A DNA stretch of 64,000 nt from the human T2T-CHM13v2.0 reference genome, Homo sapiens, in the NCBI RefSeq assembly GCF_009914755.1, contig NC_060947.1. One strand, given 5' to 3'. Position numbers and translations under genes: made by a program. The notes beneath the pieces were generated by a model. That model did not search any database, was not told where the DNA came from, and was given only the letters and a program-made list of their open reading frames with translations. Below, one piece after another: positions 34,690 to 48,075 of the stretch (position 1 is its first letter; each line of letters opens with the position of its first letter).

Positions 34690-36280
34690 ACCACTGACAA
34701 GATAACATGTAACTTGTAAGTGCAAAAAAGTTTTACATCTTTCTGATTATAAAAATCATCCTATTTATTGTAAAACTTTGAGAAAAAAACAGAAAAAAAT
34801 ATATAGAAGAATAATACCTAGTGCCCAGGTATAATTAGCTAACATTTTGTTCTTATATACTAAATATACAGAAAAGGATGAGATGATTACTCTATGTAAA
34901 ATTTAATAGCCTGGCTCTCTTTTCATATCAATAAATATAGTCATATATAGTTTTAAGGTCTGAATATTACTCTATCACATAAATTAATAAAATTTCTTAT
35001 CAGTAATCTTTTAGATTGTTTCTAAGATTTATCAAATGTGAACAACGTTGAAATGAGCATCCTCATAGATACTTACTTGCACATTTGCCTAATAAACTTC
35101 TAGAAGTAGAATTGCTGAATGAAAGGGCATCCATTTTTCAATTGAGGTTGATTTTATAAATTTCCTCTTAGAAAGAGATCACCAATTTACATTGCTGTCA
35201 GCTGTGTATTACAGTGCCCATTTCCCCCAGACTCTCTCCAACACTGAGTATAGTTGTGTGATGCATAACGATGTTTTGGTCAATGACAAACAGCAGATAC
35301 AACAGTCATCCCATAAAACTGTAGTGTAGTTGTTACTGCTCTTGGACACCTTTCAGAGGGACAAGATGTGAAAGTGGAAGTCAATGATTTTGATGCTTCT
35401 GACCCTATGTAGGCCTAGGGTAATGTGTGTGTTTATGTCTTAGTTTTTAAGAAAAAAGTTTAAAAAGTAAAGAAATAAATAATTTCAAAAACAGAAAAAA
35501 GCTTATAAAGATAAAAAGAAAGAAAACCTTATTGTACAGTTTTACAATGTGTTTGTATTTTAAGCTAAGTGTTATTACAAAAGAGTCAAAAAGTTTAGAC
35601 TGTTAAAAAGTTTATAAAGTTAAGAAAGTTACAGTAAGCTAAGGTTAATTTATTACTAATGGAAAAATGTTTCTATATATTTAATGTAGCCTAAGTGCAG
35701 TGTTTATAAAGTTGACAGTAGTGCACAGTAGTAGTCTACGCCTTTGCAGTCCATCACCACTCACTCACTGGCTTATCCAGAGCAACTCCAGTCCTGCAAG
35801 TTCCATTCATGTTAAGTACACTACACAGGTGTACTATTTTTTTAATCCTTTGTGCTATATTTTTGCGATGGCTTTTCTATGTTTACATATGTTTAGGTAC
35901 ACAAATACTTACAGTTGTATTATAATTACCTACAGTATTCAGTACAGTAACATGATGTACATATTTGTAGAGTAGCAGCAAAAGCCATATTATATAGCCT
36001 GTGTGCATAGTAGGCTATACCATCTAGGTTGCTGTAATACACTCTATGATGTTCCCATAGCAATGAAGTCTCCTAAAGATGCATTTTTCACAAGTTATCC
36101 CCATCGTGAAGTGATGCATAACTATATTACCAATTTCTCATTATTATAATTCTGAATGGGTTTAAAAAGGTATAACGGCTGTTGTTATTTGAGGTTGAGT
36201 TTTTAAATCTTTATTTAAAATTTTTATTTTCCCATTTGGTAATTATTCTTTGCTCAACATTATACTGGGATGTTAATTTA
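34690..36280 (-). mobile_element. L1ME-type 3' fragment split by Tigger3b
   Basis: ttctagaagtagaattgctgaatgaaaggg...accaatttacattgctgtcagctgtgt, antisense old L1 3' region. Confidence 0.6.
35251..36124 (+). mobile_element. Tigger3b (MER7B/Golem) non-autonomous DNA transposon
   Basis: Decayed TIRs tagttgtgtgatgcataacg / cgtgaagtgatgcataacta flanked by TA, with typical internal gaccctatgtaggcctagg. Confidence 0.85.
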
Positions 36281-37590
36281 GTGAGATTATTTTTATTTTT
36301 TTAATTTTTTAATTTTGTGAGAAATAGTAGGTGTAAATATTTATGGGGTACATGAGATGTTTTGATACAGGCATGCAAATTGAAATAAACACATCATGGA
36401 GAACGGGGTATCCACCCACTCAAGCATTTATCCTTTGAGTTACAAACAATCCAAATACACTCTTTAAGTTATTTTAAAATGTACAATTTAGTTATTATTT
36501 AATATAGACACCCTATTGTCCTATCAATAGTAGATCTTATTCATTCTCTCTATTTTTTGTCTCCATTATAAATCCTGACCTCCCTCCAAGCCCCCTACTA
36601 CCCTTCAGAGCCTCTGGTAACCATCCTTCCACTCTTTATCTCCATGAGTCCAATTTTTTTTTTAAATTTTTAGGTCCCCAAAATAAGCGAGAACATGCAA
36701 TGCTTTGCTTTTTGGGCTTGGCTTACTTTGATTAACTTAATAATCATCCATGTTGTTGCAAATGACAGGATCTCATTCTTTTTTATAGTACTCCCATTAT
36801 GTATGGAGTACAATATATAGTACCTTTTTAATAGTACTTCATTTTATATATGTATGACATTTTCTTTATCCACTAATCTGTTGATGGAAAGACACAAAGG
36901 TTGTTTCCAAATCTTAGCTATTGTGAAGAGTGCTACAACAAACATAGGAGTACAGATAATCTTTCGATATGGTGATTTTCTTTCTTTTGGGTACATACCC
37001 AGCAATGAGATTGCTGGATCATATGGTAGCTCAAATTTTAGTTTTATGAGGAATGTCCAAACTGTTCTCCGTAGTGGTTGTACTAATTTATATTCCCAAA
37101 AACAGTGTACAAGGGTTCCCTTTTCTCCACATTTTTACCAGAATTTGCTATTGCGTGTCTTTTGTATACAAGCCATTCTAACTGGGGTGAGATGATATCT
37201 CACTGTAATGTTGTTTTGCATTTCTCTGATGACCAATGATGTTGAGCCCCTTTAAAAATGCCTGCTGTCATTTATATGTCTTTTTTGAGTAAATGTAAAT
37301 TCAAATCTTTTGCACATTTCTTGATAGTATTACGAGATTTTTTTCTATAGAGTTGTCTGAACTCCTTATGTATTCAGGTCATTAATCCCTTGTAAGAGAG
37401 GTAATTTGCAAATATTTTCTCTTACTCTGTGGGTTGTTTCTTCACTTTGTTGATTGTATCCTTTGCTATGCAGAAGCTTTTTAACTTGATGTGATCCCAT
37501 TTGTCCATGTTTGCTTTGGTTTCCTGTGGTGGTGGGGTATTGCTCAAGAATATTTTGTCCAGACCAATATCCTGGAAATTTTCCCCAATG

Positions 37591-40500
37591 TTTTTTTTTT
37601 TTTTTTTCCGTAAGTTATTGGGACACAGGTGGTAACTGGTTACATGAGTAAGTTCCTTAGTGGTGATTTGTCAGATTTTGGTGCACTCATCACCCGAGCA
37701 GCATACACTGCACCATATTTGTAGTCTTTTATCCCTCTCCCCGCTCCCACTCTTCACTCCAAGTCCCCAAAGTACATTCTATCATTCTTGTGCCTTTTCG
37801 TCCTCACAGCATAGCTCCCATATATTAGTGAGAACGTAAAATGTTTGGTTTTCCGTCCCTGAGTTACCTCACTTAGAATAATAGTCTCCAACCTCATCTA
37901 GGTCACTGCAAATGCTGTTAATTCATTCCTTTTTATGGCTGAATAGTATTCCATCATATATATATGCATATATATATATATCACAGTTTCTTTATTCACT
38001 CATTGATGGATGGGCATTTGTGTTAGTTCCACAATTTTGCAATTGTGAATTGTGCTGCTATAAACATGCATGTGCAAGTATCTTTTTCGAATAATGACTT
38101 ATTTTCCTCTGGGTAGATACCTAGTAGTGGGATTGCTGGATCAAATGGTAGTTCTACTTCTGGTTCTTTAAGGAATCTCCACACTGTTTTCCATAGTGGC
38201 TGTAGTAGTTTGCATTCCCACCAGCAGCGTAGAAGTGTTCCATGATCACAGAATCCACACCAACATCTACTGTTTTTTAATTTTTTTTTATTATGGTCAT
38301 TCTTGCAGGAGTAAGGTGGTATCATATTGTGGTTTTGATCTCCATTTCCCTGATCATTAGTGATGTTGAGCATTTTTTTCATATGTGTGTTGGCCATTTG
38401 TATATCTTCTTTTGAGAAATGTCTATTTATGTCCTTATCTCACTTTTTGATGGGATTTTTTTTTCTTATTGATTTGTTTGAGTTCATTGTAGATTCCGGA
38501 TATTAGTCCTTTGTCAGGTGTATAGATTGTGAAGATTTTCTCCACTCTGTGGGTTGTCTGTTTACTCTGCGGATTGTTCCTTTTGCTATGCAAAAGCTCT
38601 TTAGTTTAATTAGGTCCCAGGTATTTATCTTTGTTTTCCTTGTATTTGCTTTTGGGTTCTTGGTCATGAAATCCTTGCCTAAGCCAATGTCTAGAAGGGT
38701 TTTTCCAATGTTATCTTCCAGAATTTTTACAGTTTCAGGTCTTAAGTTTAAGTCCTTAATCGATCTTGAGTTGATTTTTGTATAAAGTGAGAGATGAGGA
38801 TCCAGTTTCATTCTCCTACATGTGGCTAGCCAATTATCCCAGCACCATTTGTTGAAAAGGGTGTCTTTTCCTCACTTTATGTTTTGTTTGCTTTGTTGAA
38901 GATCAGTTGGCTGTAATTGTTTGGGTTTATTTCTGGGTTCTCTATTCTGTTCCATTGGTCTATGTGCCTACTTTTACACTAGTACCACGCTGCTTTGGTG
39001 ACTATGGCCTTATAGTATAGTTTGAAATCAGGTAGTGTGATGCCTCCAGACTTATTCTTTTTGCTTAGTCTTGCTTTGGCTATGCAGGGTCTTTTTTGGT
39101 TCCATATGAATTTTAGAATTGTTTTTTCTAACTCTGTGAAGAATGATGGTGGTATTTTGATGGGGATTGCATTGAATTTGTAGATTGCTTTTGGCAGTAT
39201 GGGTATTTTTACAATATTAATTCTACCCATCTATGAGCATGGGATGTGTTTCCATTTGTTTGTGTAGTCTGTGATTTCTTTCAGAAGTGTTTTGTAGTTT
39301 TCCTTGTAGAGGTCATCAGACTCCTTGGTTAGGTATATTCCTAAGTTTTGGGGTTTGTTGTTGTTGTTGTTGTTGTTGTTTGCAGCTATTGTAAAGGGGT
39401 TGAGTTCTTAATTTGATTCTCCACTTGGTCGCTGTTGGTGTATAGAAAAGCTACTGCTTTGTGTACATTAATCTTGTATTCAGAAACTTTGCTGAATTCC
39501 TTTATCAGTTCTAGGGGCTTTCTGGAGGAGTCTTTAGGGTTTCCAGGGTAAACGATCATATCAGCAAACAGTGACAGTTTGACTTCCTCTTTACCAATTC
39601 AGATGCCCTTTATTTCTTTCTCTTGTCTCATTGCTCTGACTAGGACTTCCAGTACTATGTTGAGGAGAGGTGGTGAGAGTGAGCATCCTTGTCTTGTTCC
39701 AGCTCTCAGAGGGAATGTTTTCAACTCTTCCCCATTCAGTATTATGTTGGCTGTGGGTTTGTCATAGATGGCTTTTATTACCTTAAGGTATATACCTTGT
39801 ATGTTGATTTTGCTGAGAGTTTTAATCATAAAAGGATGCGGGACTTTGTCAAATGCTTTATCTGCATCTATTGAGATGATCATGTGATTTTTGTTTTTAA
39901 TTCTGTTTATGTGGTGTATCACATTTATTGACTCACGTATGTTAAACCATCCCTGCATCCCTGGTATGAAACCCACTTGTTCATGGTGGATTGTCTTTTT
40001 GATATGTTGTTGGATTCGGATAGCTAGTATTATGTTAAAGATTTTAGCATCTATGGTCATCAAAGATATCAGTCTGTAGTTTTCTTTTTTGGTTGTATAC
40101 TTTTCCTGGCTTTCTTTTTTGGTTATATCCTTTCCTCTTAGCACCACGTTTGCTGTATCCCACAGGTTTTGGTAGGTTGTGTCATTATTGTCATTCAATT
40201 CAAATAATTTTTAAATTTCCATCTTGACTTTGTTTTTGACCAAATGCTCATTCAGAAGCAGGTTATTTAATTTTCATGTTTGCATGGTTTTGAAGGTTCC
40301 TTTTGGAGTTGTTTTCCAGTTTTATTCTGCTTTGGTCTGAGAGAGTGCTTGATATAATTTCAATTTTCTTAAATTTATTGAGGCTCATATTATGGCCTAT
40401 CATATGATCTATCATGGAGAAAGTTACACATACTGTTGAGTAGAATATGTATTCTGTGGTTGCTGGATGAAATGTTCTGTATATATCTGTTAAGTCCATT

Positions 40501-43377
40501 TGTTCCCAGGTATAGTTTAAATTCATTGTTTCTTTGTTGACTTTCTGTCTTGATGACCTGTCTGGTGCTGTCAGTGGAGTATTGAAGTCCCCCAGTATTA
40601 TTGTGTTGCTGTCTATCTCATTTCTTAAGTCTATTAGTAATTGTTTTATAAATTTGGCAGCTCCAGTGCTAGGTGCATATATGTTTAGGATTGTGATACT
40701 TTCCTGTTGGACAAGGCCTTTTGCCATCATATCATGTCCCTCTCTGTCTCTTTTAACTGCCATTGCTTTAAAATTTGTATTGTCTGATATAAGAATAGCT
40801 ACCCCTGCTCTCTTTTGGTGTCCCTTTGCATGAAATGCTTTTTTCCATCCCTTTACTTTAAGTTTATGTGAGTCCTTATGTGTTAGGTGAGTCTCCTGAA
40901 GGAAGCAGATAGTTGGTTTGTCAGTTCTTATCCATTCTGCAATTCTGTATCTTTTAAGTGGAGTATTTCCGCCATTTATATTCAATGTTACTATTGAAAT
41001 GTACAGTATCATTGGATTCATCGTGCTCTTTGTTGCCTGTGTACTTTGGTCTTTTTGTTTTTTGTTTTTGCTTTTTAACTTGCATTTTGTTTTATAGGTC
41101 CTGTATGATTTATGCTTGAAAGAGTTTCTGTTTTGATGAGTTTCCAGGATTTGTTTCAAGATTTAGAGCTCCTTTTAGCAGTTTCTATAGTGGTGGCTTG
41201 GTAATGGTGGATTCTCTCAGTATTTGTTTGTCTGAAAAAGACCATATATTGCCTTCATATATGATGCTTAATTTCACTGCATACAAAATTATTGGCTGAT
41301 AATTGTTTTATTTGAGGAGGCTGAATATAGGGTCCCAATCCCTTCTAGCTTTTACAGTTTCTGCTGAGAAATCAGCTGTTAATCTGATAAGTCTTCCTTT
41401 ATAGGTTACCTGATGCTTCTATCTCACAGCTCTGAAGATTCTTTCCTTTGTCTTAACTTTGGATAACCTGATGACAATATGCCTAGGCATATTTTTTTTG
41501 AATGAATTTTCCAGGTGTTCATGCTTCTTGTATTTGGATGTCTAGGTCTTCAGCAAGGCTGGGAAAGTTTTCCTTGATTAATTCCCCAAACATATTTTCC
41601 AAGCTTTTAGATTTCTCTTCCTACTCAAGAACATTGATTGTTCTTAGGTTTGGTAGTTTAACATAATCCCAGACTTCTTGGAGGCTTTGTTCATATTTTC
41701 TTATTCTTTTTTACTTGCCTTTATTGTATTGGGTTAATTCAAAGACCTTGTCTTTGAGCTCTGAATTTCTTTCTTCTAGCTGTTCAATTCTATTACTGAG
41801 ACTTTCCAGAGCACTTTGCATATCTAAAACTGTGTCCAAAGTTTCCTGAATTTTTTATTGGATTTTCTTTAAGCTATCGATTTCCTTGAATATTTCTTCT
41901 TCTTGTATCATTTTTTGGACTCCCTTGCATTGGGCTTCACCTTTCTCTGGTGCCTCCCTAATTAGCTAAATGACTAACCTCCTCAATTCTTTTTCAGGTA
42001 AATCAGGGATTTCTTCTTGGTTTGGATCTATTGCTGCTAAACTAGTGTGATTTTTGGGGGGTGTTGAAGAGCCTTGTTTTGTCATATTACCAGGGTTGGT
42101 TTTGGGGTTCCTTCTCTTTTGTGTAGGCTCTGTCAGAGGGAAGGTCTAGGCCTAAAGGCTGTTGTTCAGATTCTTTTGTCTCATGAGGTATTCTCTTGAT
42201 GTAGTACTCTCCCCATTTTCCTATGGATGTGGCTTCCTGTGAGCTGAACTGCAGTGATTATTGTCTCTCTTCTGGGTCTAGCCACTCAGTGAGTCTACAC
42301 AGCTCAAGGCTGGTGATGGGGGTTATCTGCATAGAGTCCTGTGATATGAACCATCTATGGGTCTCTCAGCCGTGGATACCGGCACATGTTGTGGAGATAG
42401 CAGAGGGGGTGCAATGGACTCCCTGAGGGTTCTTAGCTTTGGGGGCTTAATGCTCTATCTTTGTGCTGGTTGGCCTCCTGCTGGGAGGTGCCACTTTCCA
42501 GAGAGCATCAGCTGTAGTAGTATAGAGAGGGACTAGTGGTAGGTGGGGCCCTATAACTCCCAAGATTATATGCCCTTTGTCTTGCTACCAGTGTAGGTAG
42601 GGAAGGACCATCAGGTGGGGGCAGGGCTAGGCGTATCTGAGCTCAGAAGCGCAGACTCTCCTTGGGTGGATCTTGCTATGGCTGCTGTGGGGGATGCGGA
42701 TGAGATTCCCAGGTCACTGGAGTTGGGTGACTAGGAGGATTATGGCTGCCTCTGCTGAGTCATGCAGGTTGTGATGGAAATAGGGAAAAACCAGCAGTCA
42801 CAGGCCTCACCCAGCTCCTGGGGAAACTGCACAACTGGTCTCACTCCTACTGTGCCCCTGCTCAATAGCCCCAAGTCTGTTTCCTGGTGATGAGTGAGAT
42901 GGGCTTGAGAACTTGCCCCCAGGCTACCTGCCTCCTAGCTGTGAAAGAAAAGGGTGTGGTTCTTCCCCGGCCTGTTGAGTCTGCACATCGAATTTGCACC
43001 CTCCCCCGAGTCCTAGCCAAGAGGCTTCTCACCCCATTCAAATTGTTACAAAGTTCATTTAGAGATTTCTTCTAATTAAACTCCTTCTTCCTGTGGACTT
43101 TTACCCCCTGCTCCTCTGGCCACCCTCCCAATGGATCCCTGTGGTGCCAATCAGGAATGGCCCACTGGGGGACCCAGCGAGATACCAGGGCTTTTCTGCT
43201 GCTTCCTCTACCTCTGTATTTTGCTCAGCTCTCTAAATTGACTCAGCTTCAGGTAAGGTTGGAAACTTCTCCCACAAACAGACCTTCAATTTCTCCAGTG
43301 GGGGTGTGTGTATGGGAGAGGAGGGTCTCCCTTTCCCACTTCCACAGTTGGGGCACTCACAGTATTTGGGGTGTCTC
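37591..43377 (-). mobile_element. Near full-length L1PB1-like LINE-1 with an internal ORF2 deletion
   Basis: Poly-T then ccgtaagttattgggacacaggtgg 3'UTR, ORF2/ORF1 remnants and an L1PBa-type 5'UTR. TSD ttccccaatgttt (37581) / ccctcaatgttt (~43380). Confidence 0.9.
40263..41021 (-). pseudogene. L1PB ORF2 endonuclease domain in one open frame
   Basis: TLNING, LQETH, NIYAP, GDFN and IDH motifs are present; the catalytic SDH reads SDQ. Confidence 0.85.
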
Positions 43378-44132
43378 TCCCCTCAATGTTTACTTGTAGC
43401 AATTTCATAGTTGGAGGTCTTAGATTTAAGTCTTTAATTCATTTTGATTTGATTTTTGTATATGACAAGGGACAGGGGTCTAGTTTTATTTTTTTGCATA
43501 TGGATATCCAGTTTTTCCAGCAACATTTATGGAAGAGACTGTCTTTTCCCCAGTGTATGTTCTTGACACCTTTGTTGAAAATCAGTTCAATGTGTTTGAA
43601 AATATCCCCTCCTCCTCTATGTTTCAGAATACGTTGAGGAGAACTGATATTAGTTCTTTAAATTCAGCAGTATAGCCATCAGGTCCCAGGCTTTTCTTTA
43701 CTGGGAGACATTTTATTATTGCTTCAATCTCATTACTTGTTATTGGTCTGTTCAAGTTTTGGATTTCTTCTTGGTCCAATATTGGTAGATTGTATGTATC
43801 TATGAATTTGTCAATTTCCTCTAGAGTTTCCAATTTATTGGCATATAGTTGCTCACAGTAGCCACTAATGATCTTTTGGATTTCTTCAGTATTAGGTGTA
43901 ATGTCTCCTTTTCATTTCTAATTTTATTTATTTGGATATTCTTTTTTTCTTAGTTATTCTGGTTAAAGGTTTGTCAATTTTGTTTAACTTTTCAAAATAC
44001 CAAGTTTTTGTTTTGCTGATGTTTTATCTCTTTCATTTCAATTTTATTTATTTCTGGTCTGATCTTTCTGTTTTTTTTTTCTTCTACTAATTGGGGGGTT
44101 TGCTTTGCTAGTTCTTTAAGATGCATCATTAG

Positions 44133-45750
44133 AGGTAGAGCAAGATGGCAGAATAGAAAGCTCCAGTGATTGTCCCCCTGACAAGGACACCTTTATAGGG
44201 ATCAAATATCAGGTGAGTACCTATAATACCTGGCTTTAACTTCATATCACTGAAAGAGGTACTTAAGAGTTAGAAAAAACTATCCTGAATTACCAACACC
44301 ACCCTTCCCCCACTGTAGGCAGCAGCTGTGCTGTGTGGGGAACTTCTCTGGGTGATAGGGAGGGAGAACACAGAAATTGTGAGGCATTGAACTCAATGCT
44401 GTTCTGTTAGAGAAGAAAAAATAAATCGAGACAAACTCACCTGATACCCACACACAGAGGAAATATTTAAACCAGCCCTAGCCATAGGAGAATTGCCAAT
44501 CCCACGGGTCCAAATTAGAGTGCCTGCAAACCTTACCACCAAGAGCCAAAGTGTTTTTGGTCTCTGAGTAAATTTGAAAGGCAGTTGAGGTCATAAGAAC
44601 CGCAACTCTTAGGTGGCTCCTAGGGCTGAAGGAGGCCCAAAGACAGTGGATGGTGGTGGGTGGGGACACATGACCTTCTGAGACATTAGCTGGGGCTACC
44701 AATGGAGTGCTGGCATTATCCCTTCCCTAACCCCAGGCTCCACAGCTCATGGCTCCAAAAGAAAACCCCTTCATTCCTCTTGAGGAGAGGAAAGGGAAGA
44801 GTAGGGAGGACTTTGTCTTGCATCTTAGATACCAGCTCAGCCAAAGCAGGATAGGGCAATAGTCAGAGTCATGAGTCTGCCGTTCCAGGCCCAAGCTTCC
44901 AGACCTTATTTAGAGATACACCCTGGGCAAGAAGGGAACCTGCTGAAAGAGAGGAAACCCAGTCCTGGCATTATTTATCACCTGCTAACTAAGGAACTCC
45001 TGGGCCCTGAATAACCAGCAGCAATAACCAGACATCAAGAGCCTTGGTGAGCCTCTGAGACTTGCTGGCTTAAGGTGAGACTTAGCACATAACCAGCTGT
45101 GGTGACTACAGGGCAAAACTCCTTCTGCTTGAGAAAACTAGAGAGAAAAGTAAAGGGAACTTTGTCTTCCAAGTTAGGTACCAGCTCGGCCACAGGGGAG
45201 TAGAGCACCAAAGGGGCTTCTGGGGTCCCTGAGTCCAGGACTTGGCACTTGGATGGCATTTCTGGGCCTGTCCAGGGCCAGAGGGCAGCACACTGCCCTA
45301 AAGGGTAAGTATCAGGCCGGGCAGCATTCACGACAAGCTGACTTAAGAGACCTTGGGCCTTAAGGGAATATCAGTGGTAGTCTGGCAGTAGTCCTCATAA
45401 CCAAGGGTACTGGTGGCTACAGGATGAGGCTCCTCTGCCTTTGGAAAAAGAAGCGAAGAGTGGGAAAACCTTTGTTTTGTGATTTGACTGCCAGCTTAAT
45501 CGCAATACAATAAAATATCAGGTAGATTTCTAAGGTTTTTGACTCTAGTTCCTGACTCCCAGAAGGTACTTCTGGACCTAACCAGGGCCTAGGATGCCTT
45601 GCCACCCTGAAGGGAAGAACACAGGCCTGAGGCCTGGCTGGCTTTGCCACCATCTGACTGTAGAGCCCCAGGGCATTGAGTGAACATAGGCAGTGGCCAG
45701 GGAGTGATTACAGAAGGCCTTGAGAGAGACCCAGCACTATGCTGGCTTCA
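44133..45750 (+). mobile_element. L1M1/L1MA-type 5'UTR fragment
   Basis: gagcaagatggcagaatagaaagctcc start with internal repeats; homologous to 21050-22375 and inverted to 45751-47467. Confidence 0.85.
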
Positions 45751-47804
45751 CTTTGGGCTTATTTGTAGCTGTCCTTCGGAAGGTTTTCCAGATATTTGAA
45801 AGGACTTGGGTGTTGTAATCTAATGTGTATCTGCTTTAGGGGCCACCCCAAGCTCAATAATGCTATGGTCCTTTCAGACTCGTACTGGTACTGCCTTGAT
45901 GGTCTTTGAGAAGACCTGTGAGAATTCTTTGAATTACAAGGGAGAGAGTTTTGTTCCTTTCCCTTACTTTCTCCCAAACACGGTGTCTCTCTCTGTTCTG
46001 AGCCACTTAAAGCTGGCAGCAGTATGACACAAGCAACCCTTGTCACCACTATGACTGCACTGGGTTAGACCTAAAGCTAGCACACTGGATCTTACCGAAG
46101 GCCTGCTGTAACCACTTCTTACCTACTGCCTATGTTCACTCAAGGCCCTGTTATTCTACAGTCAGATGGTGGCAAAGCCAGCCAGACCTGTGTCCTTCCC
46201 TTCAGGGAAGCGAGGTTCCCTACATCTGAGGTGGGGCCAGATGTCCTGTCCTGGAGTAAAGGTCTAGAGTTAAAAACCTTAAATGTCTAGTTGGTGTTCT
46301 ATAGTATTAGGACTGAGCTGGAACTCAAACCTCAAGACATAGTCATTCCTACTCTTCCCTCCCCTTTCCAAAGGCAGAGGAACCTCATCCCATAGCCACC
46401 ACCACCCCAAGCCATGAGGAGTACTGCCAGACTACCACCAATGTTTTCTTATGGCCCAAGGTCTTTTAAGTCAGCTTTTTGGGAATCCTTTCTGGCCTGG
46501 TACTCACCCTTTACAGCAGTGTGCTGCCCTCTGGCCCAGGGCAGGTCCAGAAATGCCATCCAAGAGTCAAGTCCTAAAATTGTGGACCCAGGAGCCCACT
46601 AAGTGCTCTACACCCCCGTGGCTGAGCTGGTACCTAACTTGCAAGACAAAGTACCTTTACATTTCCCTTTGCTTTTCTCAAGCAGGAGTTTTGCACCATA
46701 GCCAGCATAGCTGGTAATGTGCTGAGTATCAACTTCAGCCAGCAAGTCTCAGAGGCTCAACCAAGGCCCTTGATGCAATACCTGGTTATTGCTGCTGTTA
46801 TTCAGGACCCAAGTGCTCTTTAGTTAGCAGGTGATGAATGCTGCCAGGACTGGGTTCTTTCCTTCAAGGCAACAGGTTCCCTTCTTGCCCAGAGTACGTC
46901 TAGAAATGGCATCTGGGAGCTAGGCCCTGGTACGGGGCTTCACACTAGGACTCGCCTACAATTTGCAGTTCTTTTGGCCTAGACTGTCTTTCAAGTTTAC
47001 TTGGAGACACAGAGTGCTCTAGCTCTCAGTGGTGAGGTTTGCAGGCACTCAAGTTTGGACCCCTGGGATTGGTGATTTCCCTATGGCTAGGGCTAGTTTC
47101 AACATTCCCTCCGTGGGCAGGTATCAGCTGAGTTTGATCTGATTTTCCCTTATGCTGTTAACAGGACATCACTGAGTTCAATGCCTCACAATTTCTGTGT
47201 TCTGCCGCCCCAGCGCCCAGAGATGCTCTCTGCACCATGCTGCAGTTGCAGTGTGGTTGGGGGTGTGGCACTGGTGATTCTGGACTGTTTTTTCCTATCT
47301 CTTCAGTGCCTCTTTCAGGGATATGAAATTAAGACCAGGTACTGTGAGTGCTCCTGTGATTTTTGGTTCTTATGAAGATATTTTTCTGTGTAGATAGTTG
47401 TTAACTTTGTGTCCTTGTGTGGGGGACAATTGTTGGAGCTTTCTACTCCATCTTACTATGCTTCCTCTGAAGGTGACTTTCAAATGCTTTATAAAAGTCC
47501 AATATTTATGCTACTGAGTAGATCCTTAAAGAACTCTGTGGGTCTGTGGCATCAGTGGATCTATCTTGAGGATGGTTACTAATATGGAACAGTTTGTGAC
47601 CAGGAACACCTTGGCTTTTGACTGAACTTGGAGTTTCTGTCTTCAGTATCTGTTATTCATTTATGTACCTCTTTGATTCTCTGTAGATGTGGCCAAAATT
47701 CTCTATATCACATGCATTGAGTTACTGAGCCTATCCCTCTAATCTTAGAAAGCCAAAACTTTGTGATTATGATTTCTAAAACTATATACATTATAATGTA
47801 ATGG

Positions 47805-48075
47805 AAGGTAGTACAGTCATTAAGAATATGGAGTTAGAAAGATCTGAATTTGAATTCAAGTTCTGCAACTTACTAGTTGTCTATCTCTAAAAAAAGCCTA
47901 CTTGACTTTTTAAAGTCTCAGTGTTCTCATTTATAATATGAAACAAATAATAACACTCTAATGAGAGTATTGTTTTGGGAATTTAATCAGATATTACATG
48001 TTTAATACTACCAAGAAAAATGACTACCAAGAAAATACTCAATACATAGCACTTTTAGTATTTACTAGCTGCTAT
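47805..48075 (+). mobile_element. MIR SINE
   Basis: gagttagaaagatctgaatttgaattcaagttctgcaacttactagttgt...gtctcagtgttctcatttataatatg. Confidence 0.7.

Larger units (their letters stand above)
36290..47467 (-). mobile_element. L1MA1/2-like element, deleted and interrupted (pieces 36290-37590, 43378-44132, 45751-47467)
   Basis: 3'UTR at 36290, ORF2 collinear across the L1PB insertion and a 5' end (aagatggagtagaaagctcc) at ~47455. Linking the 5' piece to the same element is an inference. Confidence 0.7.
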
